Positions 12,827 to 24,400 of a stretch of DNA of 64,000 bases are shown here, piece after piece. Position 1 is the first letter of the stretch; every line of letters starts with the position of its first letter. The notes below the pieces were generated by a model. The model ran no database searches. It was not told the origin of the DNA and worked only from the letters and a program-made list of their open reading frames with translations. The position numbers were made by a program, and so were the translations under genes. Source of the stretch: Chiloscyllium plagiosum (taxonomy: Eukaryota); NCBI RefSeq assembly GCF_004010195.1, contig NC_057718.1:48406278-48470277 (forward strand). Reading direction: 5' to 3'.

Positions 12827-13452
12827 CAAACACCTCTTACTGTGTACATTGCTCTCGATGTGGTCTCCTCTATGTTGGGGAGACAGGCCACCAACTTGCA
12901 GAATGTTTCGGAGAATATCTCTGGGACACACGCACTAAACAACCTCACCGCTCTGTGGCTGATCACTTCAACTCCTCCTCTCACTCCGCCAAGGACATGC
13001 AAGTCCTGGGCCTGCTCAACCACCAAATCCTGGCCACCTGACGACTGGAGGAAGAACATCTCATCTTCTGCCTTGGGGCCCTCCAACTACACGGAATCAA
13101 TGTCAATTTCATCAGTTTCCTAATCTCCCCCCACCTTATCCCAGATCCAACCCTCCAATTCAGCACCACCCTCTTGCATGGTACTATGTGTCCATCTTCT
13201 TTCCCACCAATCTACTCCACTTTGACGATCACCATCACCCTCCACCTTCGTCCACCTATCGCATTTATAGCTACCTTCCCCCTAGACCGACCCCCTCCCA
13301 TTTATCTCTCAGCTGTCTCAGGCCCCCACACCCCTCTCACATTCCGAGCTTATGCCTGAAACTTCAACTCTTCTGCTCCTTGGATACTGTCTGACTGGCT
13401 GTGCTCTTCTGGGGCCATACGTTTTGACTCTGATCTCCAGCATCTGCAGTCC
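12701..13452 (+). mobile_element. Penelope-like element 3' part (GIY-YIG endonuclease remnant + pseudo-LTR)
   Basis: C.RCGLLYVGETG.QLAE.F.E.L....VADHFN..SHS.KDMQV motif, followed by a C-rich UTR and the family-B tail. Confidence 0.85.
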
Positions 13453-14817
13453 AGTATCAGGCTATATCAAACAGTATCAGGCTGTATCCTTCTTTAGTAC
13501 TGTATCAGCTGGTCATTGCCAGGCCAATGAGATGATTTACTATTGGCTGCTGAGCAGTGCATGCTTTAAAATGGTTACACAGTTGTTCACTCGGCCATTG
13601 CAGACATTGATACAGGGATTGCTACTTTCAAGGAAATGGAAGGGTTATGTTTGCAATAAAACAACACTTGAAATCAGGCTGTGAAATATCAAAACTATGT
13701 TGATACATTGGTATTAGTTTATTTTGTTTGCTATATTTAGAATAATGTTAAACAAACTAATTTATTATCTAGCAGTGCCTATCTTATGGTATCTCTGCAG
13801 TGGAACCTTTTGAGTGACAGTTCCAGAAATAGTAAATTGTCCAACAAAAATAAGAAAACTAGGGACTCCTGCCTCTTATTGGCTTAGTCATCTAAAAAAA
13901 AAATCACACCACATAGCATGCATTATTGTAGTTGATACTCCAGCTTCAAGTTCCTTTCCACATAATTTTGCAAGTTTCGCTGGGAGTGGCTGATCTAACA
14001 CCAATGGTCTCTCCTGTTGCTGTACATTTCCCACAGAAGTTTTAGTTTTTATAAGATGGAGAAAAGAACAATAAAATTCAATGATTGGTTTTACATTTAT
14101 CCAGCACTCTTAATGTAGTAAAACTGCCATGCCATTTCACGAGTGAAGTCAATCATACAAAATCTAACATTAGGAGGCGTGACCAAAGCATGGTCAAAGA
14201 ATGGTTTTAAAGGAGCAGACGTAGAAAGATTTATGGAGGGAATTATTGAGCTTCAGACTTATGTGGTGAAGGTACTGCTGTCAGTGGTGAAATAAAGAGT
14301 CTTATGTTAGAATTGGAGGAATGCAGAATCCTCAGAGTGTTTTCATGCTGGAGGTGTTTACAGAACTGGAGTGTGTATGACCACGGAAGAATTCAAACAA
14401 AAGGCTGAAAATTATAAATATAATGTTCAGATTACTTATATGCCAATGTAGATCAGTGAAGTGTATTGCTCAAAAAGGAACAAAGTATTGTATTTGTAAA
14501 GTTAGCTTGGTTTTGGTTTTGAATTTGCTGGGTGAATTGTGCTGTCTGTGAAGATATCTATGCCCCAGTGATATGCTCATTTTCATCTGCAACTACTGAT
14601 CTCAAATACAGCAGACTTAGCTCAAAGCCAAGACCAGCAAGAGTGAGAGAAGATGCAGAAAGAGAGGAGACACCCCCTTTTTAAGAAACTAGCTGACAGT
14701 GTCTATTCAGGTACGTTTTTAAAGATCTCAAGTATACTATTGAGTGAGTGGGCAAATGACAGGTTTTTTAATTCACTCATGGGACAAAGATGTTGCTAGC
14801 TGGGTCAATATTTATTG

Positions 14818-14947
14818 AGGAGAAAGTGAGGTCTGCAGATGCTGGAGATTAGAGCTGGAAATGTGTTGCTGGAAAAGCGCAGCAGGTCAGGCAGCATCCA
14901 GGGAACAGGAGAATTGACGTTTCGGGCATAAGCCCTTCTTCAGGAAT
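14818..14947 (-). mobile_element. Penelope pseudo-LTR fragment with hammerhead core
   Basis: Reverse complement reads CUGAAGA-A-GGGC(UUAU)GCCC-GAAA-CGUC. Flanked by the direct repeat aatatttattg. Confidence 0.75.
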
Positions 14948-15060
14948 ATTTATTGCCCATTCCTAGTTGCCCTTGGTGGTTGTGAGCTGTTTTCTTGAAA
15001 CACTGCAGTCCATGCACTGAGTTGATCACAATGCCATTAGGGGGGAGATTTCAGGATTTT

Positions 15061-16638
15061 AGACTCATAAAGTCATAGAGATGTACAGCATGGAAACAGA
15101 CTCTTCGGTCCAACCCGGCCATGCTGACCAGATATCCCAACCCAATCTAGTCCCACCTGCCAGCACCCAGCCCATATCCCTCCAAACCCTTCCTATTCAT
15201 ATACCCATCTGAATGCCTCTTAAATATTGCAATTGTACCAGCCTCCACCACTTCCTCTGGCAGCTCCTTCCATACACATACCACCCTCTGTGTGAAAAAG
15301 TTGCCCTGTAAGTCTCTTTTATATCTTTCCCCTCTCACCCTAAAACTATACCCTCTAGTTCTGGACTCCCTGACCCCAGGGAAAAGACTTTGCCTATTTA
15401 CCCTACCATGCCCCTCATAATTTTGTAAACCTCTATAAGGTTTTTTTTATCCTTCTTGTACAGGTCACTTCTACCCCAAAAGAGATTCCAATGACCCAAA
15501 AATGTGAATCCTTCTCCCATACACCAGCTCCTCAGCCATGCATTCATCTGCTCTTTCCTCCTATTCCTGCCCTCACTAGCTCGTAGCACCGGGAGTAATC
15601 CAGATATTACGACTCTCAAGGACCTCCTTTTTAAATTTCTGCCATCTCTTTGTAATCTCCCTTCAGAATCTCAACCTTTTCTCTTCCTATGTTGTTGGTT
15701 CCAATGTGTACAATGACCTCTTACTGGCCCCTCCCCCCCTTGAGAACATTCTGCACCCTCTCTGAGACATCCTTGATCCTGGCACCAGGGAAGCAACACA
15801 CCATTCTGCTTTTTCGCTGCTGGACACAGAAACATCTGTCTGTACCTCAGACTAGAGAATCCCCTAACACAATTGATCTCTTGGAACCAGACGTACTCCT
15901 CGTTGCATTAGAGTCAGTCTCAATAGCAGATACTTGGCTGTTCCTGCTACATTCCCCTGAGAATCCATCACCCCCTACATTTTCCAAAACAGCATACTTG
16001 TTTGAAATGGGGATAGCCACAAAAGACTTCTGCACTAACTGCCTACCTCTCTTACCTTTCCTGGAGTTAACCCATCGATGAGACTGTATCTGAGACTTTC
16101 CCCCCTTCCTATAACTGCCACCCATCACATACTGTTGCTGTTGTAAATTCCTCATTGCTTCTAACTGTCTCTCCACCCGATCCTTTCGATCTGATAAAAT
16201 TCACAGCCAACAGCATTTATGGCAGATATAATCCGCAGTAACCCTTAAACTCTCTTTAAACTCCCACATCTGACATATCACTCTATTTAAGGCCATCTTT
16301 GCTCCTTCACAATCTACAGACCCAGAAAATAATTCCGTCTTATTCCTCTACAAACACTGCCCCAGGTTAAATTAATAGTTATGGCTTATATTTTAAGTTT
16401 AATCAAGAGACATATCTCCAAAAACATATAATCAAGAAAGAACCCACTCTACTCACTACCGCAGATTCTCTGTAGGCCACACTTAAAACAACGATTAACT
16501 TATCTGATTCTGTGCTGTGAACTTCGCCCAACAGTTCCTCCAAGATCAGTTGTGAATTTCACTGTTTGTTAATTTTCTCAGATGCACTCCGATGTCCAAC
16601 GACACATTAATTCAAACAGCAAAGGCAGTAACTGTGCC
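15061..16638 (-). mobile_element. Internally deleted CR1 LINE (5'UTR + ORF1 esterase joined to ORF2 3' end)
   Basis: ORF1 motifs IPISNKYAVL, IVLGDSLV and VVISGLLPV..NAWLRSWC are joined via A8 to LIEVYKIMRG..NFFTQRVV and the tail. Confidence 0.8.
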
Positions 16639-16840
16639 TTGATCAAGCGACTATACGAAACAGCGATGTATTTCCGAGTCAGGATGGTGAGTAGCTTCGA
16701 GGACAAACTTGCAGGTAATGGAATTCCCAAGTATCTGCTGCTCTTGTCTTCCTCGATGGTACTGTTTATGGGTTTGGAAGGTGCTGTCCAAGGATCTTTG
16801 GCAAATTTCTGCAGTTCACCTTGTGGATGCCATTTCATTT

Positions 16841-17193
16841 CATAGAAACCCTACAGTGTGGAGGAAGGCCATTCAGCCTATTGAGTCCACACTGACCCTC
16901 TGAAGAGCATCTCCACCCAGACACCATTCCCCAGCCTATCCCCGTAACCCGACATTCCCCATGGCTAATCCACCTAACTTTCACATCTCTGGACACTATG
17001 GGCAATTTAGCATGGCCAACCCACCTAACATGCATATCTTTGGACTGGGGGAGGAAACTGGAGTATCTGGAGGAAATCCATGCAGACATGGGGAGAATGT
17101 ACAAAGTCCACACGGTCGCCCGAGAGTGTAATTGAACCTGGGTCCCTAATGCTGTGAGGCAGCAGTGCTAACTACTGAGCCACCATGCCACCC
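16841..17193 (-). mobile_element. HE1-like V-SINE
   Basis: Reverse complement of the 9788 element, including the head. Confidence 0.85.
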
Positions 17194-18460
17194 CACTCCT
17201 GCCTCTGAGAGCCAGTAGTGGGGGGAATGGATGTTTGTGGATTTGCTGCCAACCAGATGGGTTGCTTTATCCTGGTTAGTGTCAAGCTCCTTGAGTGTTG
17301 TTGGAGCTACATTCATCCTGACAAGTGGAGAATGTTCTATAGCATTCTTCATTTGTACCTTGTACATGGTGAACAATTGCGGAGTCAGCAGGTTAGTCAC
17401 TGCAGTATTCCTATCTTCTTATTGTTCTTGTAGTCACAATATGTTTATGCATGCTCCGTGCAGTTGGTCAATGATAATGGCTGTTGGTAGTGGAGGATTC
17501 AGTCATGGTAATACCATTGAATGTCAAGGGCAGTTTTTAGCTTGTCTCTTGTTGGAGATAGTCTTTGCTGAGCATTAGTGTGGCATGAATGTTACTTGCT
17601 GCTTTTTATCTCAAGCCTGGATATTGTCCAGATCTTGTTGTGTTACTACTTCAATGTCTGAGGAGTTGCAAGTTGTGCTGAACATTATGTAATCATCAAC
17701 AAGGGCCTGTTTCCAAACTGTAATGTAATCTAATCTAATTTAAAACATCCCCCACTAACCTTATGATGGAGGGTTCATTGTTGAAGATGGTTAGGCCTGG
17801 GACACTACCCTGAGGAACTCTTGCAGAGGTATCCTGGAGCTGAGGTGACTGACCTCCATTAACCACCACTATGTGTCACATATGATTATGACAGGCAGAT
17901 AATTTTTCCCTGATTTCAACTGATTCCAGTTTTGCTTGGACTCCTTGATGCCATACTTGGTTGAAAATGGCCTTGAAGTTAAGGGCTTTAACTATCATCT
18001 CACCTCTGGACTTCAGCTCTTTTGTCCATGTTTGAACCAAGGCTGTAATGAGGTACAGAGCTGAGTGGCCCTGGTGGAACCCGAACTAGGCTTCACTGAG
18101 CAAGTTATTGCTGAGCAGGAGCTGCTTGATGATACTGTTGATGATGTCTTCATCACTTTACTGATGATTGAGAGTAGACTAATGGGGGGAATAATTGGCC
18201 AGGTTAGAAAAGTCTTGCTTTTTGTGTACAGGACATACCTGGGCAATTTTTTACATTGTTGAGGAGATGCCAATGTTATAACTGTACAGGAAGAGCTTGG
18301 CGAGGGGAGCAGCAGGTTTTGGACCATGAATCTTCAGTACTATTGCCAGAATGTTGTGAGAGTCCATAGCCTTTGCAGTATCCAGTGCATCCAATCATTT
18401 TTTGATATCACCTGGATTGAATCAAATTGGCTGAAGACTGGTATCTGGTATCTGTGATAC
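17194..18460 (-). mobile_element. L2/CR1-group LINE remnant
   Basis: Minus PISLLSIISKVM RT-region remnant. Continues the host interrupted at 14950-16840. Confidence 0.7.
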
Positions 18461-18464
18461 TAGG

Positions 18465-18750
18465 TAGTTTTATGGTAGGAGAGACAGGAATAAAAGGATC
18501 CTTCTCAGGATGGCAGCCGATAACTAACGGTGTTCCACAAGGGTCGATATTGGGACCACAACTTTTCATTTTATACATTAATGATCTTGATGAAGAAACT
18601 GAGGGCATTCTGGTTAAATTTGCAGATATTACAAAGATTGATGAAGGAACAGGTAGCATTGAGGAAGCAGGGAGGCTGCAGAAGAATTTTGACAGGTTAG
18701 GAAAGTGGGCAAAAAATGTGGCAGATGGAGTACAATGTGGGATAATGTGA
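18465..18750 (+). mobile_element. CR1 RT fragment
   Basis: [24 protein letters not shown]. Confidence 0.85.
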
Positions 18751-19166
18751 GCCCCTCCCCCTCCCTTCCATTCCTCCCTGCCACCAACCAGATTCATTCC
18801 TCCCATTGACCAACTACCCTCTACTTATCATCACTTATCCCTATTTCACCTCCCTGTCCAGTCACCTCCTTTATCTGCAGCTCCCCCTACACCCTCCCCC
18901 AGTCTGACGAAGGGTTACACCTGAAACGTAAACTTCTCCACCTCCTGATGCTGCCTGGCCTGCTGTGTTCCTCCAGCCTTCTGTCTGTCTACTTTGGATT
19001 CCAGCATCTGCAGATGCTGGTGAGGCAGGATCATATGACACAGAATTTATAGTAAAAGATCTTTTACTATAAATTCTGTATCCTATGATCCTGCCTCACT
19101 ACCTACCCGACGAAAGAGCAGTGCTCAGGAAGCCTACACTTCCAAGGTAACGTGTTGGACTGTAAC
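18751..19166 (+). mobile_element. Penelope pseudo-LTR cluster (family C hammerhead at 18901-18934; 78-bp hairpin; decayed family A hammerhead)
   Basis: CUGACGA-A-GGGU(UAC)ACCU-GAAA-CGUA. Palindromes at 19001-19020 and 19021-19098. Confidence 0.75.
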
Positions 19167-19831
19167 TTCTTGAAGCACTGCAGTTTAATAAGAACTAAAG
19201 GAAAACTGAGAGTTTGGGCACCAAAGGAGTTAAAGCCTGGTCACGCTATGTCCTGCAACTCATGCGACAGATGCAATTTGACCTTTGGACACATCAGTAC
19301 TTGGTTAAAAAAATCTTCCCGGACGTTAATGGAAACATTCTGGATGTTGCTGAGAGAGGTCAGGATTGGGCCGATATTGACATAGAAATGATACAAATAA
19401 CCAGATTTAATTTTGCGTCACTAAAGTTAACAGTACAATTGCATGATTGTGTCATGTATTGAGACGCAAGTTTCAAGCATATTTACTGAAACTTGGTTGC
19501 AAGACACATTCCCGTTAACTTAACGGCGTGGTTTGAAATTTGGACTTTTGGTCTGCAATGACATTGGGATTTGGATCGCATTAGATCGTTGACTGGAAAC
19601 AAGACCCACAAGTGTTTAATCTCACATCTGAGCTGGCTAATGTCAACAATTTAATCCAAAGGGAAACACAGTGCAAAGCAAACGGCCCGGGACGACTAAT
19701 TGTTTGTAAACCCAGCCCCATTTTTCCTCCTTTGTTTGTGGTTGATTTTGACAGGACTGCCTTGAAGTCGGACGCCAATTTCAGGGCGAGAAAGAGTTTG
19801 TGAGGGTGGAAGAAAGTGGTGCCTACGGCGT

Positions 19832-19848
19832 TGACCTGAGTGTGACCT
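19832..19848 (-). promoter_or_regulatory. Perfect DR5 nuclear receptor element (RAR/RXR-type)
   Basis: TGACCT-gagtg-TGACCT, which reads AGGTCA(n5)AGGTCA on the minus strand. It lies 25 nt before the ATG in a CpG-richer promoter/5'UTR region. Confidence 0.55.
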
Positions 19849-19873
19849 GGGCGTCTCCGAGTAACTGCTGCCG

Positions 19874-20148
19874 ATGAACCGCTTTCCCGAGGCTGGGCCA
19901 CAGAGCCCAAGACGCACGATGTTGGTGCTAGCGACAGGATTTGCTGCAACAGCCGGCCTGGGGCTCGCAGTGCTCGGGCTCAGGCGTCTCCTGCAGGCTT
20001 ACTGGCAACGCTACCCCGAGCCCAAACTGGTCAAAGTGGCTGAGGTGTCCAGAATCTTCATTTACCCGGTCAAATCATGCAAAGGAATTCCGCTGACTGA
20101 CGTGGAGGTTAATCAACTGGGACTGCAGAAGGGCCCGCTAAAGGACAG
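19874..20148 (+). CDS. MTARC1/2: mARC (mitochondrial amidoxime-reducing component, MOSC family) exon 1 of 7
   Basis: Encodes MNRFPEAG..., a hydrophobic anchor (LVLATGFAATAGLGLAVLGL-RR) and the MOSC_N signature IFIYPVKSCKG...GL..G.LKDR. Donor AG|gtattc at 20148/9, phase 2. An alternative in-frame ATG lies at 19919. Paralog 1 vs 2 cannot be assigned from sequence alone. Confidence 0.95.
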
Positions 20149-21499
20149 GTATTCCAAGAACTTTATTATCACAAACAAACATAAATTCCTTAACTTTCCA
20201 TTCTCTGCTTTGTTTTTTTTTCTAAAACCGTATTTTTACAATTGAAAGTTAGTGTCCTGCTATGTTTGGCCTCAGACTTATTTTCACAAGACGTGTCGTT
20301 GTCAGCAGTCCCATGAATTCTTGTTTCTACCGAGTACAGTCAGAATATTACACCAGGACAAGCAAACGCAAGTCAGAGCACTGTTTTAATTTAGATGTTT
20401 CATAAAGTTTTTCTGCTAGCGTGAGATATATGATGAGATATTAATTACTACCCGTTTGGACACGTAGGAAACATAATTGAATGCATACCAGTTTTAATAA
20501 TTGTGCCTGAAAAATTGGATTATAATAATTTGGTCGTTTTTAACCGGCGCAGGCTCGAAGGGTCTTTTTTTCTGTGGTTATAGACCTCAGTGACTCATAC
20601 GAAAAAGTTTTTTAAAAATGAATCCTTTATGCAGTACCATATTCATTTGCTTCCTGCTGCTTTTGTTCCAAGATACTTCGTGTGGTTTCACTAAAGGTGT
20701 CAGTTAATCTGACAATATTCAGTATTGTCTCGAACAATATCCTTCTCTCCAGCTACTAATTCTGGGCTTCAAACGCTCCACATTAAATATATCAAGGTCA
20801 AAGAAACTTTTGAATGAAGGGAGAGGCGTAGTATCTTTGTGCAAAGGAGTAGTGTCTGAAAGGAAGACTTGTACATATATGGTAACACTTGTCCTGACTA
20901 ACAAACATTTCAAAGCATTATACAGCTGATGAACTACTTTTGATGTGTAACCGATGTTGTAACGTAAGAAATGTGATGACCATTGTATGTACAGCAAGCT
21001 TTCACAAACAGCAATTTGGATAATGGCCACACAATGTGTCTCTAGAGGATTTTGTCTGAGGAATAAGTATTGGCCAGGACACCAGGAATAACTCCTTTGC
21101 TCCTTTTTGAAACACTACTTTCTCACATCCAATGAATTTGGCAAATGGGCCATGGTTAGTTAACATGTAGCCAAACGTTGGCACCTCCAATTGGCAGGTC
21201 TTCTTCAACACTGCATTGTATGGTGTGTGGAGTTGTGAGCAGTAAATAATAATCATCTCACACTCCTGTTGGAAGGTGGCTTTGGCACATAAAGCTGGAG
21301 AATAGGGCTCTTGTGGTGCAATGGTAGTGTCATGTGGACAATCTTATACAGCTCCAAATAGAGAGGCAGAAGAACAAATCTTGAGAAAAAAAACCATCGT
21401 GCAAGCGCTGTAGAGCAACGATATTACAGGACTTGAATTACTAAATTATCAATTGGGATAATGTTAGAGTATAGTGAAAGAAGTGGGTTCAAGAATTTT

Positions 21500-24400
21500 G
21501 CTCACTGCAGGGAGGGTGAGCCAACTGACCACAGCACCATAAACATAATCTCTGGATTATTACCTGAGCCACGAGTTAATTTGCACAGGGTCAATAAGAT
21601 TAAGCAAGTAAATGTGTGGCTAAAGATTGGTGTGGGAGAAATGGGTTTGAATTCATGGGACACTGGCACCAGTATGGGGGGAGAAAGGGACCTGTTCTGA
21701 TGGGACAGTTTTCATCAGAACTGTGCTAGGACCAGAGTCCTAGTGATTTGCATAACTAGGGTGTAGACAGGGCTTTAAATTAAATGGAGGGGAAGGTTCA
21801 GTTATAGGGGAGATTAGAAAACCTGAATTAAATAAGGAGGCAAGAGTGCAGAACTCAGGAGAAGGTATTAAAATCTCAAGCACAGACAAAAATCTGAGAC
21901 TGGGAAGGTTTACAAAGGGTTAGCTGTCAAACTTCAAGCACACTGGACAAATGAATGACAGAAGAGGGATGGTTAATACAAGATTGAAGGTGTTATTTCT
22001 GAATGTACACAGTTTATGGAATAAGGTAAATGAGCTTGTGGAACAGATTGAAATTGGTGAGTATGACATGGCCAATATGGAGATGTGGCAGCAAGGGGAT
22101 CAGGACTGGGAGCTGAATATTCAAGGATATACATCCTACCAAAAAGCTAGGCAGGTGGACAGATGGGGTGTGGTTGCCTTATTAGTAAGAAATGAAATTA
22201 AATCAAGAGTAAGGAACAAAGTAGTGTCAGATTATGTAGAATCTGTGTGGGTACAATTGAGGAACCGCAAAGGTGAAAAAACGTAGTTGGAGTTGTGTAT
22301 AGGCCTCCAAACAGTACTCAGGAGCTGGGTTGCAAGATATACTAGGAGATAGAAAAATTGTGTAGGAAAGGCAAAGTTACAAGTGATCCTGGGGGATTTC
22401 AGTATGCAGGTGGACTGGGGAAATCAGGTTGATAGTGGATTGCAAGGAAAGGAATTGTGGAGTGTCTAAGAGATGGCTTTTTGGATCATCCTGTAGTGGA
22501 GCCCACAAAGGAACAGGCAATACTGGATTTAGTGTCATGCGATGAGACAGACTTGATAAGGGAGCTTAAGGTGAAGGAACCCTTAGGCAGTGATTATAAT
22601 TGAATTTACTCTGCAATTTGAGAGGCAGAAGATAAAATCAGAGGTAACGGTATTAAAGCTGAATAAAGGCAACTATAGAGGCATGAGTGGGGAGCTGGGT
22701 AGAATTGACTGGGAGAGGAGCCAAGCAGAAAAGACAGTGGAACAAGCAATGGCAGGAGTTTCTGGGATTAATTCAGGTGACACAGCAGAGATTCATCCTG
22801 AGGGAAAAGAAGCATGGTACAGGGAGGATGAGGCAACCATGGCTGACTAGGGAAGTCAGGGGTAGCATAAAAGCAAAAGAGAAAGCTTATAATGTGGTGA
22901 AGGGCAGTGGGAAACCAGAGCATTGTGAAGCTTACAAAGACCAACAGAGGGGAAAAAATGAGGGAGAAGATTAAATATGAGGGTAAGCTAGCCAGAAATA
23001 TGAAGGAAGACTGTAAGAATTTCTGTAGATATATAAAGGGCAAAACAGAAGCAAAAGTGGACATTGGGCCACTGGAAAATGATGCTGGAGAGATAGTAGT
23101 GGGGAACAAGGAAATGGCTGAGGAGCTGACTAATTACTTCACATCAGTCTTCATGGTGGAAGACATGAGAAATTTCCCAAAACTTCGAGAGAGTCGGGGG
23201 GCAGAGCTGAGGATGGTGGCCATCACTAAGGAGAAGGTACGAGAAAAACTGAATGGCTTCAATGTGGATAAATAATCTGGACCAGATGGACTACACTCCA
23301 AAGTTCTAAGGGAGGTAGCTGAAGAGATAGTGGAGGCGTTAGTGGTGACCTTTCAGGAATCACTGAAATCAGGGAGGGTCCCAGAGGACTGGAGAATTGC
23401 TAATGTGACACCCCTGTTTAAAAAGAGAGTAAGGCAAAAGACGGAAAATTACAGACCAATTAGCCTAACCTCAGTTGTGGGTAAGATCCTGGAATCCATT
23501 GTGAAGGATGAGATTTCTGAACACTTGGAAGTAACAAGCCATTTAGACTAAGGAAGGCCAATGGATGTTATCTCCCTGGACTTCAAGAACGACTTTGACA
23601 AGGTGCTCCACAGGATACTGAGTAGGATAAGGACCTATGGTGTTAGAGCATGGATAGAAGCTTGGCTGTCTGGCAGAAAACAGAGAGTGTGGATAAAAGG
23701 CTCCTTCTCAGGATGGCAGCCGATGACGAATAGTATTCCACAAGGTTCAGTGTTGGGACCACAACTTTTCACTTTACTGATCTCCAGAATGCTCTCAGTT
23801 CCTTCATTTGCAAGTTTGCAGATGATATAAAGGTATACAAAGAACAAAGAAAATTTACAGCTCAGGAACAGGCCCTCCAAGCCTGAGCTGGTCCAAATGT
23901 ACTGTCTAAACCTGTCGGTCAATTGCTAAGCATCTGTATCCCTCTGCTCCCCACTTACTCGTGCATCTGTCCAGACGCAGCTACCACTTTTTGCTGGCAA
24001 CGTATTCCAGACGCCCACCACCCTCTGTGTGAAGTACTTGCCACGTGTATCCCCCTTAAACTTTCTACCTCTCACCTTGAAAGCGTGACCTCTCGTTATG
24101 GAATCCTTCACCCTGGGAAAAAGCTTGTCTCTATCCACACTGTCTATACCCTTCATGATTTTGTAAACCTCGATCAGGTCCCCCCTTCAATCTCCTTTTT
24201 TCTAATGAAAATAAACCTAACCTACTCAACCTCTCTTCATAGCTAGCACCTTCCATACCAGGCAACAACATCCTTATAAACCTTCTCTGCACCCTCTCCA
24301 AAGCATCCATATCCCTTTGGTAATGTGACGACCAGAACTGTACACAGTATTTCAAATGCGGCCAAACCAATGTCCTGTACAATTTTAATATGACTTGCCA

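Noticed and set aside
14600..14710. Exon-like segment ending in cag|gtacgt
   Set aside because: Stops occur in all three frames and no partner exons were found. A non-coding exon cannot be supported from sequence alone.
19581..19949. Antisense ORFs over the mARC promoter
   Set aside because: By-product of GC-richer sequence; no domain or splice support.
20149..20245. Extension of the 123-aa ORF past KDR
   Set aside because: Read-through into intron 1 after the GT donor.
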